From positions 1-24,086 of the IMG/VR virus record IMGVR_UViG_3300031688_000128: 24,086 nt of DNA; one strand, given 5' to 3'. A program made the translations under genes and the position numbers. The notes under the pieces are model-generated. The model made no database searches, had not been told where the DNA came from, and saw nothing but the letters and a program-made list of their open reading frames with translations. Origin of the DNA: a virus. Lineage: Duplodnaviria; Caudoviricetes. Each line of letters opens with the position of its first letter. Position 1 is the first letter of the stretch. Below, in pieces: positions 7,248 to 15,229 of this stretch.

Positions 7248-7436
7248 AATAATAAGAATTAAATTAAGTTAATGACGATTACTTACAGGGGGTACCCTCG
7301 CGCCATAAATTTGCTGGGGAGTAGAAGCATAGGACCTCTCACCTATGCAACACACACCATTTTTTTTGGTAGGAAAATTTTTTTTTTCATTACCCTTGTT
7401 TTCATGTATGTGCATTTTTTCTTTTAAATAAATAAT

Positions 7437-7448
7437 TAATTTTGTATA
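7437..7448 (+). promoter_or_regulatory. candidate promoter (TAnnTTTG overlapping TTGTATA)
   Basis: TAATTTTG 7437-7444 matches the Bacteroidota -7 element, ~55 nt before the first rightward gene; short motif in AT-rich DNA. Confidence 0.4.
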
Positions 7449-7497
7449 TTGTCATATAGAGATAGTTGGTACTACTTTAATAAAAGAAATAATTTGT

Positions 7498-7830
7498 ATG
7501 GATAATAATGATGCAAGTGACGGAAGCTTTGATCCTATGAAGGAAATTAGAAAAGCAGAATTACAAGAAGAAATATTAGCTGATGCTTTTGACAACTCTT
7601 ATAGATTATTAATTAAGGCCATAAGCTTTGATGAGATGATAGAAGATAAGTACAGAAATGATTTAGAAGCAGTATTAGCATTTGATCCTGAATTAGGGCC
7701 AGCACTAAGTGAGTTGGAGAATATGATTGATTTTTATATTGGAGAAGAGGAATACGAAAGGTGTGCTAATCTTCGCAATATAATGCACACTAAATATCCA
7801 GAGAGTATTAACTTAGGTATAGAAGATTAA
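7498..7830 (+). CDS. acidic protein with C-terminal UVR-like motif
   Basis: LENMIDFYIGEEEYERCANLRN resembles the UvrB/UvrC E-x-YE-x-AA-x-LRD helical hairpin. Confidence 0.7.
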   Translation: MDNNDASDGSFDPMKEIRKAELQEEILADAFDNSYRLLIKAISFDEMIEDKYRNDLEAVLAFDPELGPALSELENMIDFYIGEEEYERCANLRNIMHTKYPESINLGIED

Positions 7831-7832
7831 TT

Positions 7833-7985
7833 ATGGCAGGTAAAGGATTATACGCAAATATAAATGCTCGTAAGAAAGCAGGAACATCAAGGTCAAAAAA
7901 GAATAGTACTGTTAGCCCAAAGGCTTACAAAAATATGCAAGCTGGATTTAAGAAAAAAGGCGGATCAATTAAAAAGAAAAAATAA
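7833..7985 (+). CDS. highly basic microprotein (50 aa), not in ORF track
   Basis: Hand translation MAGKGLYANINARKKAGTSRSKKNSTVSPKAYKNMQAGFKKKGGSIKKKK*; no acidic residue; starts 2 nt after and ends 1 nt before its neighbours. Confidence 0.8.
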   Translation: MAGKGLYANINARKKAGTSRSKKNSTVSPKAYKNMQAGFKKKGGSIKKKK

Positions 7986-7986
7986 A

Positions 7987-8319
7987 ATGGGAACAATATT
8001 ACAAGACATGATGGGAATGCTTTCTAGAAAGAAAGTAGTAACACCTAGAACAGATGATTATATTACACTAGCAAGATACGCAGGTGCTCAAGAAAGAATG
8101 AAGCCTCATCCAAAAGTAGAGACAGAACTTGTTACTATGGGTAGTATTAAAACTTTTACTAATGCAGGTTTAAATTTTTTACCTCTTACAGGAGGATCCG
8201 TTAGCGGAGCAATTGATCTTACAACAGCATCTGAAGGAGTAATCTTTACTTCACCAAATGGTACAAGATTCAAACAAACAATAGATGATGCAGGAGCACC
8301 TGTATATACTGCACTATAA
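7987..8319 (+). CDS. small fibre-like virion protein candidate (110 aa; start revised from 7864)
   Basis: ATG 7987 (MGTILQD) follows the 7833 ORF; FLPLTGGSVSG and FTSPNGTRFKQTIDDAG resemble phage fibre segments. Confidence 0.6.
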   Translation: MGTILQDMMGMLSRKKVVTPRTDDYITLARYAGAQERMKPHPKVETELVTMGSIKTFTNAGLNFLPLTGGSVSGAIDLTTASEGVIFTSPNGTRFKQTIDDAGAPVYTAL

Positions 8320-8573
8320 TGGCAACACCTAGAAAGGGAAAAGCAAAAGTCAAAGTAACAGCTAGCGGTAAAAAAGTTAGTTACGGTCAGGCAGGCAAAG
8401 CTAAAGGAGGAGGGCCACGGGTAAAACCTGGCACCTCCAAAGGTGATAGCTACTGTGCTAGGAGTTTGGGCATCAAAAAAAGAGTGTCTAAGAAAAAAAG
8501 AAATGATCCTAACACACCGAATAACTTATCTCGTAAACGTTGGAAATGCTCTGGCGCTAAATCAAAAAAATAA
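8319..8573 (+). CDS. highly basic small phage protein (84 aa)
   Basis: K/R-rich with SYCARS...DPN...RKRWKC pattern; TAATG-coupled to the upstream gene. Confidence 0.8.
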   Translation: MATPRKGKAKVKVTASGKKVSYGQAGKAKGGGPRVKPGTSKGDSYCARSLGIKKRVSKKKRNDPNTPNNLSRKRWKCSGAKSKK

Positions 8574-8611
8574 AAATTGGCATTAAACTTTTTTTAGTTA
8601 AACTATTTATA

Positions 8612-8623
8612 TATATTTGTATA
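8612..8623 (+). promoter_or_regulatory. candidate promoter (TATATTTG, Bacteroidota -7 element, overlapping TTGTATA)
   Basis: Exact TAnnTTTG 8612-8619 in an intergenic gap, 27 nt before ATG 8647. Confidence 0.5.
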
Positions 8624-8646
8624 ACGTTTAACTAAAAAACTATACA

Positions 8647-8940
8647 ATGTTAAAAACCAACTTAGAAGATAAGGAACCAAATCTTAGCAAAGAAGAACTT
8701 AACGCTAGGAGAGAAGAAATCACTGCTTTTTACAAAGACAACATCCAGCATTTAAAAATTCAAGCTGAATATGAAACGCTATTAGCTGATATAGAAAAAG
8801 CTAGAGCAGAACGTATGCAAGCTCAGATGTTTATGTCCCAGCAATATGCTGACCAAAAAGAAGGTGGCGTAGCATCAGACTCTGAAGAAGCAAAAGCTTT
8901 TAAAGAAGCTATGGAGAATGCAGCAAAGAATATTGATTAA
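8647..8940 (+). CDS. coiled-coil hypothetical protein (97 aa)
   Basis: E/K/A/Q-rich helical sequence with A-rich leader. Confidence 0.8.
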   Translation: MLKTNLEDKEPNLSKEELNARREEITAFYKDNIQHLKIQAEYETLLADIEKARAERMQAQMFMSQQYADQKEGGVASDSEEAKAFKEAMENAAKNID

Positions 8941-8955
8941 CTTAAACTCAATATT

Positions 8956-9873
8956 ATGCTACTCAAAAAAGGAGATAAGAAAGTTAATGTAAGACATCTG
9001 CAAGATAAATTAAATATTGAAGCAGATGGTCACTTCGGTCCACTAACAGAAAAAGCTGTTATTAAATACCAACTATCAAATGGATTATCTGTAACAGGAA
9101 TGGTTGATAGTGATATGTGGGTATTATTATTTAACAAACCATATAGTGAAGACTTAGGTATAGATGAAGATACTGATATATCTACAAACTACTTTACAAC
9201 TAATTATGATCAATTAATTCATAAGCATTATTTACCAGAAGGTGAATATATAAAAGGTCCAATCAAAAACGAATATATTTTTTTACATCACACTGCAGGT
9301 AATGCTAATCCTTACAGATGTATTGATCATTGGGGTAGAGATAAAAGAGGTAGGATAGCTACTGAATTTGTTTTAGGTGGAATCAACCATAGAAACGGTG
9401 ATGATGAATTTAATGGTGTTATGGTGCAAGCGTTTCCTGAAGGAGGTCAAGCATTCCATTTAGGTAGAACTCAATCCGGTTGGATGAATAGACATTCGGT
9501 AGGTTTAGAGATTTGTTCTATGGGTTATTTAGATGAAGATTTAAAAACTTATTTGGGATCTCGCTGTCAACCAGAACAAGTAATAGAACTAAAAGAACCA
9601 TTTAGAGGTTATTTAAATTATCACAAGTATTCTGATGAGCAAATAAAAGCAACTGAAAAGTGGATACGCTATGTTGGTGAAAGAGATGAGATTGATATTA
9701 GAGTAGGTCTTAAAAAATATATACAAGTTTATGGTCCAACAAAAGGATTTGGATTTCAAATTAGTGCTTGCTTAGGAGAAGTTAAAGGATTATTAACACA
9801 TACTAATGTTAGAAGAGGTAAATCTGATTGTTATCCAGACCCTAACTTAGTTGATATGATATTAAGCTTATAG
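8956..9873 (+). CDS. endolysin: peptidoglycan-binding domain plus N-acetylmuramoyl-L-alanine amidase (Amidase_2 type)
   Basis: N-terminal LKKGDK...VRHLQ...ADGHFGPLTEKAVIKYQ...TGMVD; catalytic IFLHHTAG, SVGLEIC, LLTH...KSDCYP. Confidence 0.9.
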   Translation: MLLKKGDKKVNVRHLQDKLNIEADGHFGPLTEKAVIKYQLSNGLSVTGMVDSDMWVLLFNKPYSEDLGIDEDTDISTNYFTTNYDQLIHKHYLPEGEYIKGPIKNEYIFLHHTAGNANPYRCIDHWGRDKRGRIATEFVLGGINHRNGDDEFNGVMVQAFPEGGQAFHLGRTQSGWMNRHSVGLEICSMGYLDEDLKTYLGSRCQPEQVIELKEPFRGYLNYHKYSDEQIKATEKWIRYVGERDEIDIRVGLKKYIQVYGPTKGFGFQISACLGEVKGLLTHTNVRRGKSDCYPDPNLVDMILSL

Positions 9874-9875
9874 AT

Positions 9876-10238
9876 ATGGCAATAGTAAACAAAGTAGATT
9901 TTAAATTAAAAGTGGAAATAAATGATTCAATAAAATATCAGATATTAACTTATTGTTTTTTTACAAAAACATTAATAAGTAATTCTGATTTAGATTTCTT
10001 AGCTGTACTTGCTAAAAACCCTAAAATAGAAATATCTAAATTTTGTATTTTATTAACTGAATTAAATATTTTTAAAAGTGCTCAATCAGCTAGAAATGCA
10101 ATTTCAAAAGCTGAGAAAAAAGGATTGATTAAGAAAAATGGTAATAATAAAAAAACCATAGACTTAAATAAAGATATTAATGTTCAATCTAATGGATTAG
10201 TATTATTAGACTATAAAATTTTAGGAAGTGAATCCTAA
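9876..10238 (+). CDS. winged-helix-like DNA-binding protein candidate
   Basis: SAQSARNAISKAEKKGLIKK followed by a beta-hairpin-like segment. Confidence 0.6.
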   Translation: MAIVNKVDFKLKVEINDSIKYQILTYCFFTKTLISNSDLDFLAVLAKNPKIEISKFCILLTELNIFKSAQSARNAISKAEKKGLIKKNGNNKKTIDLNKDINVQSNGLVLLDYKILGSES

Positions 10239-10590
10239 GAAACATAAAGATTTTACAAACGGTATTGCTGAGGAAGTAGGAGTTCATCAACAAGTAGTAG
10301 ATGATTTTATAAGTTTCTATTATAGTAAACTAAGAAAGAAATTATCTAAACTTGCTTATCCTAGAATAAATGTAGATGGTTTAGGAACTTTTGAAATAAG
10401 AAAAGGTAAACTTGAAACAGCAATAAAGAAAAACAAAAGCATGTTAGGTAACATTGCTAAAAGGACATATAACGGTTATGCAAAAAGTGAAAACATAATT
10501 AAAGATATAAAAGAAATGTCTGATGCACTTAACAAACTTGAGGAAGCTAAATTAAGAAAAGAAGAATTTAAAAGTAAGAAGAATGAGTAA
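10228..10590 (+). CDS. HU/IHF-like DNA-binding protein
   Basis: IAEEVGVHQQVVDDFISFYY...INVDGLGTFEIR matches the HU helix-helix plus G(F/L)GTF pattern; GTG start; C-terminal coiled extension. Confidence 0.75.
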   Translation: MNPKKHKDFTNGIAEEVGVHQQVVDDFISFYYSKLRKKLSKLAYPRINVDGLGTFEIRKGKLETAIKKNKSMLGNIAKRTYNGYAKSENIIKDIKEMSDALNKLEEAKLRKEEFKSKKNE

Positions 10591-10915
10591 GCCCTGGAAA
10601 AAATATACTGATGCTTTTAAAAACATTGACAAAATTGCAGAAGGAATTAAAAACAATCTGTTTAAAAAAGAACATGTTGAAGCAGTGGCTACAAGTAGAT
10701 TTCAAGTATGTATTAAATGTTCATTGTTTGATGCAAAAGGAACGGATTGCTTAGCCCCTGGTACTCAGCCTTGTTGCTCTGACTGCGGATGTAGTTTAGC
10801 TTTTAAAGTAAGATCATTATCTAGTGAATGTCCTAAAGGATATTGGAATTCACTTATGCCTGAAGAAACAGAAGAATTATTAATTAAACAAATAGAAAAT
10901 GGAAAAATTAACTAA
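10583..10915 (+). CDS. Cys-rich metal-binding protein
   Basis: CIKC...C...CCSDCGC...K...CPKGYW. Confidence 0.75.
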   Translation: MSKPWKKYTDAFKNIDKIAEGIKNNLFKKEHVEAVATSRFQVCIKCSLFDAKGTDCLAPGTQPCCSDCGCSLAFKVRSLSSECPKGYWNSLMPEETEELLIKQIENGKIN

Positions 10916-11054
10916 AGAAGAAATAGTAGGAGAATTATTAGCTGAAGGTCAAATAACCGCTGAAGAAGCAGTTACTTTATTAACTGAAAAAGCTAGTACA
11001 ATAATAAATTCTTTTTCCATTCCTGCGTTTGATTATACAATAACAACAACATAG
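10899..11054 (+). CDS. SHOCT-like microprotein (51 aa), not in ORF track
   Basis: Hand translation MEKLTKEEIVGELLAEGQITAEEAVTLLTEKASTIINSFSIPAFDYTITTT*; G-x-IT-x-EEA-xx-LL motif; fills the gap before 11065. Confidence 0.65.
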   Translation: MEKLTKEEIVGELLAEGQITAEEAVTLLTEKASTIINSFSIPAFDYTITTT

Positions 11055-11064
11055 AAATAAAATT

Positions 11065-11877
11065 ATGGCTATAACATTTAAAGAAGAAGGTCATTTGTAT
11101 GAAAGTAATGACAAAGACAAAATAAACTGGACAAGTGTAACATCCTTTATTGGAATGTTTAAACCTAAATTTGATAGAGAAGGTCAAGCTAAAAAATCTT
11201 CTAAAAACAAAAGATCTAAGTGGCATGGTATGACGCAAAAAGAAATACTTACTGCTTGGGATAATGAAACTGAAAGAGCTATTAAATTAGGAAATTGGTA
11301 TCACAACCAAAGAGAAGCAGACATGCTAGACTTTAAAACTATTGAACGTAATGGTGTTGAAGTACCTATTATAAAACCTTTAATAACTAAAGAAGGTATC
11401 AAATTAGCACCAGAACAAAAACTTAAAGAAGGAGTATATCCTGAACATATGGTTTATTTAAAATCAATGTCTTTATGTGGGCAAGCAGATTTAGTTGAAG
11501 TGGTAGATGGGTATATTAATATACATGATTACAAAACAAACAAAGAAATAAAAGATAAAGGGTTTACTAATTGGGAAGGTATAACTAAAAAATTATACAA
11601 GCCTGTAAACCATTTAGATGATTGTAATCTTAAGCATTATAACTTACAATTGAGTATTTATGCGTATATTATTAAAAAGCACAACCCTAAATTAAAGATA
11701 GGAAAGTTAACAATTCAACATGTTAAATTTGTTAAAGTAGGGGAAGATAGTAATGGTTATCCAATCACAAAAGTAGAGAATGGTGAGCCGGTCTTAGAAG
11801 AAGTAAAAATATATGAACTGCCATATTTAAAAGATGAAGTATCTTCATTAATGATGTGGTTAAAAGATAAAAATTAA
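11065..11877 (+). CDS. PD-(D/E)XK nuclease (lambda-exonuclease/Cas4-like fold)
   Basis: SVT...G...H...E...GQADLV...IHDYKT...YNLQLSIYAY motifs. Confidence 0.85.
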   Translation: MAITFKEEGHLYESNDKDKINWTSVTSFIGMFKPKFDREGQAKKSSKNKRSKWHGMTQKEILTAWDNETERAIKLGNWYHNQREADMLDFKTIERNGVEVPIIKPLITKEGIKLAPEQKLKEGVYPEHMVYLKSMSLCGQADLVEVVDGYINIHDYKTNKEIKDKGFTNWEGITKKLYKPVNHLDDCNLKHYNLQLSIYAYIIKKHNPKLKIGKLTIQHVKFVKVGEDSNGYPITKVENGEPVLEEVKIYELPYLKDEVSSLMMWLKDKN

Positions 11878-12131
11878 TGGCATCAATACAATTAACACAA
11901 GTTTATTTAACATCAACAACTCCTGCAACATCCCCTCCTACATTATTTATAGTACAGGGTTCAGAATCTTTTATTGCAATAAACCCTCTTTCCTTAGATG
12001 CTGTTGGACCAGTATATCAACAAGATGGCAGCATTATAAATGTAAGAATGATATATGTTAATGGAAATTTTATGCCTATATATGTTACTGATAGCTATGC
12101 TACGGTAAAAGCTTATATTGATGCATTATAA
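11877..12131 (+). CDS. hypothetical protein (84 aa)
   Basis: TAATG-coupled to the nuclease; loosely FlbD-like pattern (IAINP...IYVTDSY), unverified. Confidence 0.7.
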   Translation: MASIQLTQVYLTSTTPATSPPTLFIVQGSESFIAINPLSLDAVGPVYQQDGSIINVRMIYVNGNFMPIYVTDSYATVKAYIDAL

Positions 12132-12143
12132 AAACACAACCAT

Positions 12144-12662
12144 ATGATAGTAAGATTATTTGATATACAAAATAATAAAGTTATACCTTCTGAACATTGC
12201 TATGCTTTACCGTTTCTTAAAAAAATAATGGATACTTATCCTGATACTTACATGCAGGTATATCAGTATATATTTTATTTAAGTTGTCCAGATCCAGATT
12301 TAAATCCATTCTTTAATCTTCCTGAACATGAGAAAGAAGATATAATTATAGAAGAGATAGGACTTGAAGAATCGCCGGAAGATGGTAAAATAAGATATGC
12401 TGTAGATATGTGTAAGCAAATGTATGAAACACCTACCTTTAGGGCTTACGTAGGTATTAAAGCTATGTTAGACAGATTAGCTAAGTATATGGAGGTAACC
12501 CCTATTGAACACGGTAGAGACGGTAATATGAACTCTATGATTAATGCTGCTGCTAAATTTGAACAGATTAGACAATCTTATAAAGGAGCATTTACTGATA
12601 TGAAAAATGAACAAGAGAGTTCAGTACGTGGTGGAGCAGGATTGGCTTATGATCAAATATGA
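12144..12662 (+). CDS. hypothetical protein, terminase small subunit candidate
   Basis: 172-aa helical protein with C-terminal coiled region and RGG tail just upstream of terL; function inferred only from size and position. Confidence 0.5.
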   Translation: MIVRLFDIQNNKVIPSEHCYALPFLKKIMDTYPDTYMQVYQYIFYLSCPDPDLNPFFNLPEHEKEDIIIEEIGLEESPEDGKIRYAVDMCKQMYETPTFRAYVGIKAMLDRLAKYMEVTPIEHGRDGNMNSMINAAAKFEQIRQSYKGAFTDMKNEQESSVRGGAGLAYDQI

Positions 12663-12814
12663 TAAATAACAAAAAAGAAACCAAATGGCATTTCTGCTAT
12701 TGGGATGAACCAGAATTTAATAATACAAAAAAAACTAACAACGATGGCACAACAAGTAATACCAGTAGGAAAGAAACTTTTGATCAAACAAAAGAAAGCA
12801 GAGACAATGACTAA
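12659..12814 (+). CDS. possible microprotein (51 aa) overlapping groES
   Basis: ATGA-coupled to upstream stop; MINNKKETKWHFCYWDEPEFNNTKK...; last 71 nt overlap groES in another frame. Confidence 0.35.
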   Translation: MINNKKETKWHFCYWDEPEFNNTKKTNNDGTTSNTSRKETFDQTKESRDND

Positions 12815-13028
12815 ATCAGGTTTTATTTTACCTGAAATGGCAATAAAAAGAGAATGTATAGGTACTGTAATTGGAAAAGGAAGGTCTGTAGAAGAAATTA
12901 AAATTGGTGATGTAGTTCAATACACAGAACATTGTTTACCTACGTCAATGACACATGATGAAGAGGAACATTTACTTATTCAAGAAGGGGATGTTTTTGC
13001 AATTTTAGTTGAAGTAGCGGATGTATAA
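12744..13028 (+). CDS. groES: co-chaperonin GroES (Cpn10); start revised to 12744
   Basis: VIPVGKKLLIK, mobile loop ETMTKSGFILP, GTVIGKG, IKIGDVVQY, LLIQEGDVFAIL. Confidence 0.9.
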   Translation: MAQQVIPVGKKLLIKQKKAETMTKSGFILPEMAIKRECIGTVIGKGRSVEEIKIGDVVQYTEHCLPTSMTHDEEEHLLIQEGDVFAILVEVADV

Positions 13029-15207
13029 AACCATTCCTACATATACTAGTGGAGAATGGACAACAACTGATTTTGTAACAGAAGAATCATTTATAAGTTA
13101 TATATTAAGTATTTTTAAAGAACCTGGAGAATATGGGTTTACTAAAATAGCTTATAAGTTTAATGATGAGGCAAATACTTTTAATACGCAAGGTTTTTAT
13201 TGTAATGCTCCATTTAGATCTAAAGATTTTACTAACTATTGGGAAGATCAAAAAAACAAATGTAGGGTTGGTGTAATATACAATGATGGACCAAAGAGTT
13301 TTTTCTTAAGTAGAGATTACTACATGTGGTTAAATTTTTTACCAATATTTGATAAAGAAGAAAAGCGTTATGGATTTGCTAAAGTAAGGGATGCTCAATA
13401 TCACATGGCTCTTTATGAGTTATTAGCCGAGTTGACTAATAAACATTCAGCTATACTTAAAAAACGTCAGATAGCTTCTTCTTATTTTCATATGGGTAAA
13501 CTTATTAATCAATACTGGTTTGAAGAAGGATCTATATGTAAAGTGGGCGCTTCACTTAAAGATTTTATTAATGATAAAGGATCTTGGAAGTTTTTAGATG
13601 AATACAAAACATTTCTTAATGAACATACAGCTTGGTATAGACCTAGCAATCCAGAGAAGGTATTATTGTGGCAACAACAAATTGAAGTCAAAGTAAATAA
13701 CAGAAAAACAGCAAGAGGTTTAAAATCTAAAATACAAGGTGGTTCATTTGAAAAAAATGCAACAACTGGAGTAGGGGGACCATGTACATATTTTTTTCAT
13801 GAAGAAGCCGGGATAGCACCAAAGATGTCAGATACATATGAGTACTTGCGTCCAGCAATGTCTTCGGGTATGATGACAACAGGTATGTTTATAGCAGCAG
13901 GATCTGTGGGAGATTTACAACAATGCAACCCTTTAAAAGAAATGATTTTAAATCCTAGAGCAAATGATATATATGCTGTAGAAACCAATCTAATGGACGC
14001 TGATGGCACTATAGGTATGGCAGGGTTGTTTATACCTGAACAGCACTCTATGCCCCCTTACATTGATGATTACGGTAATTCATTAGTAGAAGAAGCTGTA
14101 CAAGCAATTATAGAAGAAAGATCTAAATGGAAAAATGAATTAAATGGAGAACAATTTCAATTAAGAATTTCTCAAAAACCAATGAATATTGCTGAAGCTT
14201 TTGCATATAGAAAAGCATCAATATTTCCTCAAGGTATTTTAAGTAAACAGCAAAAACGAATTGAAGAAAAAGAATACCCTTATGAGTTAATAGAATTAGA
14301 TAGAGATGAAAAAGGTATAGTTGCTAAAAGAACTAATAAACTCCCAATAAGTAAATTTCCAGTAGATAAAAAACAAATAGATAAAACAGGTACTATTGTT
14401 GTTTGGGAAAGACCTATAAAAAGTCCTGAATTTGGCGCGTACTATGCATCTATTGATCCAGTATCAGAAGGAAAAACAACTACTTCAGATTCTTTATGTA
14501 GTATTTTTGTATACAAGAATGCAATGGAAGTAATTAGAACTAATGAATCAGGAGACGTAGAACAGTTTATAGAAAAAGATAAAGTTGTTGCAGCTTGGTG
14601 TGGTAGATTTGATGATATTAATAAAACACATGAAAGGTTAGAATTAATTATAGAGTGGTATAATGCGTGGACATTAGTTGAAAATAATATATCATTATTT
14701 ATACAGCATATGATTGCTAGAAAAAAGCAACGCTATTTAGTACCTAAACAACAAATACTATTTCTAAAAGATTTAGGTTCTAATAAAACTGTATACCAAG
14801 AATATGGATGGAAAAATACAGGTACATTATTTAAAAGTCATTTAATTTCTTATGCTATTGAATTCTTAAGAGAAGTTACAAATGAGGAAACTGATATAAA
14901 TGGTGTAGTAACAGATCAAACATTTGGTGTAGAAAGAATACCAGATCCAATGCTAATAAAGGAAATGTTAGCTTATTATCCTGGCTTAAACGTAGATAGA
15001 TTGGTTGCATTTGGTGCATTAATAGCATTTGTAAAAATACAACAGTCAAACAGAGGATATACTAAAAGACGTGAATCGGAGGGTAAATCTTTGGTAAACT
15101 CAGAAAATTTGTATAAATTAAAGTATAGTCCGTTTAAAAATATTGGGCGTAGTCCAACATCTAGAACTGGCAGACCTAATAGATCAGGATTTAAAAATAT
15201 TAAATAG
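13021..15207 (+). CDS. terL: terminase large subunit
   Basis: Walker A-like LKKRQIASS, Walker B YFFHEEAG, RNase H-like nuclease ASIDPV, LVENN, DRLVAFG; precedes the portal. Confidence 0.9.
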   Translation: MYKTIPTYTSGEWTTTDFVTEESFISYILSIFKEPGEYGFTKIAYKFNDEANTFNTQGFYCNAPFRSKDFTNYWEDQKNKCRVGVIYNDGPKSFFLSRDYYMWLNFLPIFDKEEKRYGFAKVRDAQYHMALYELLAELTNKHSAILKKRQIASSYFHMGKLINQYWFEEGSICKVGASLKDFINDKGSWKFLDEYKTFLNEHTAWYRPSNPEKVLLWQQQIEVKVNNRKTARGLKSKIQGGSFEKNATTGVGGPCTYFFHEEAGIAPKMSDTYEYLRPAMSSGMMTTGMFIAAGSVGDLQQCNPLKEMILNPRANDIYAVETNLMDADGTIGMAGLFIPEQHSMPPYIDDYGNSLVEEAVQAIIEERSKWKNELNGEQFQLRISQKPMNIAEAFAYRKASIFPQGILSKQQKRIEEKEYPYELIELDRDEKGIVAKRTNKLPISKFPVDKKQIDKTGTIVVWERPIKSPEFGAYYASIDPVSEGKTTTSDSLCSIFVYKNAMEVIRTNESGDVEQFIEKDKVVAAWCGRFDDINKTHERLELIIEWYNAWTLVENNISLFIQHMIARKKQRYLVPKQQILFLKDLGSNKTVYQEYGWKNTGTLFKSHLISYAIEFLREVTNEETDINGVVTDQTFGVERIPDPMLIKEMLAYYPGLNVDRLVAFGALIAFVKIQQSNRGYTKRRESEGKSLVNSENLYKLKYSPFKNIGRSPTSRTGRPNRSGFKNIK

Positions 15208-15229
15208 ATTCAACTAAATAAAATACGTA

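Noticed and set aside
6820-7272. 150-aa + strand ORF
   Set aside because: Antisense to 6918..7247, which has a terminator and more protein-like composition.
7864-7986. N-terminal extension of the 7864..8319 track ORF
   Set aside because: The region is better explained by the 7833..7985 ORF in another frame, with ATG 7987 as the true start.
11065-11877. Cas4 of a CRISPR system
   Set aside because: No four-Cys Fe-S arrangement, no other cas genes and no array; an ordinary phage PD-(D/E)XK nuclease.
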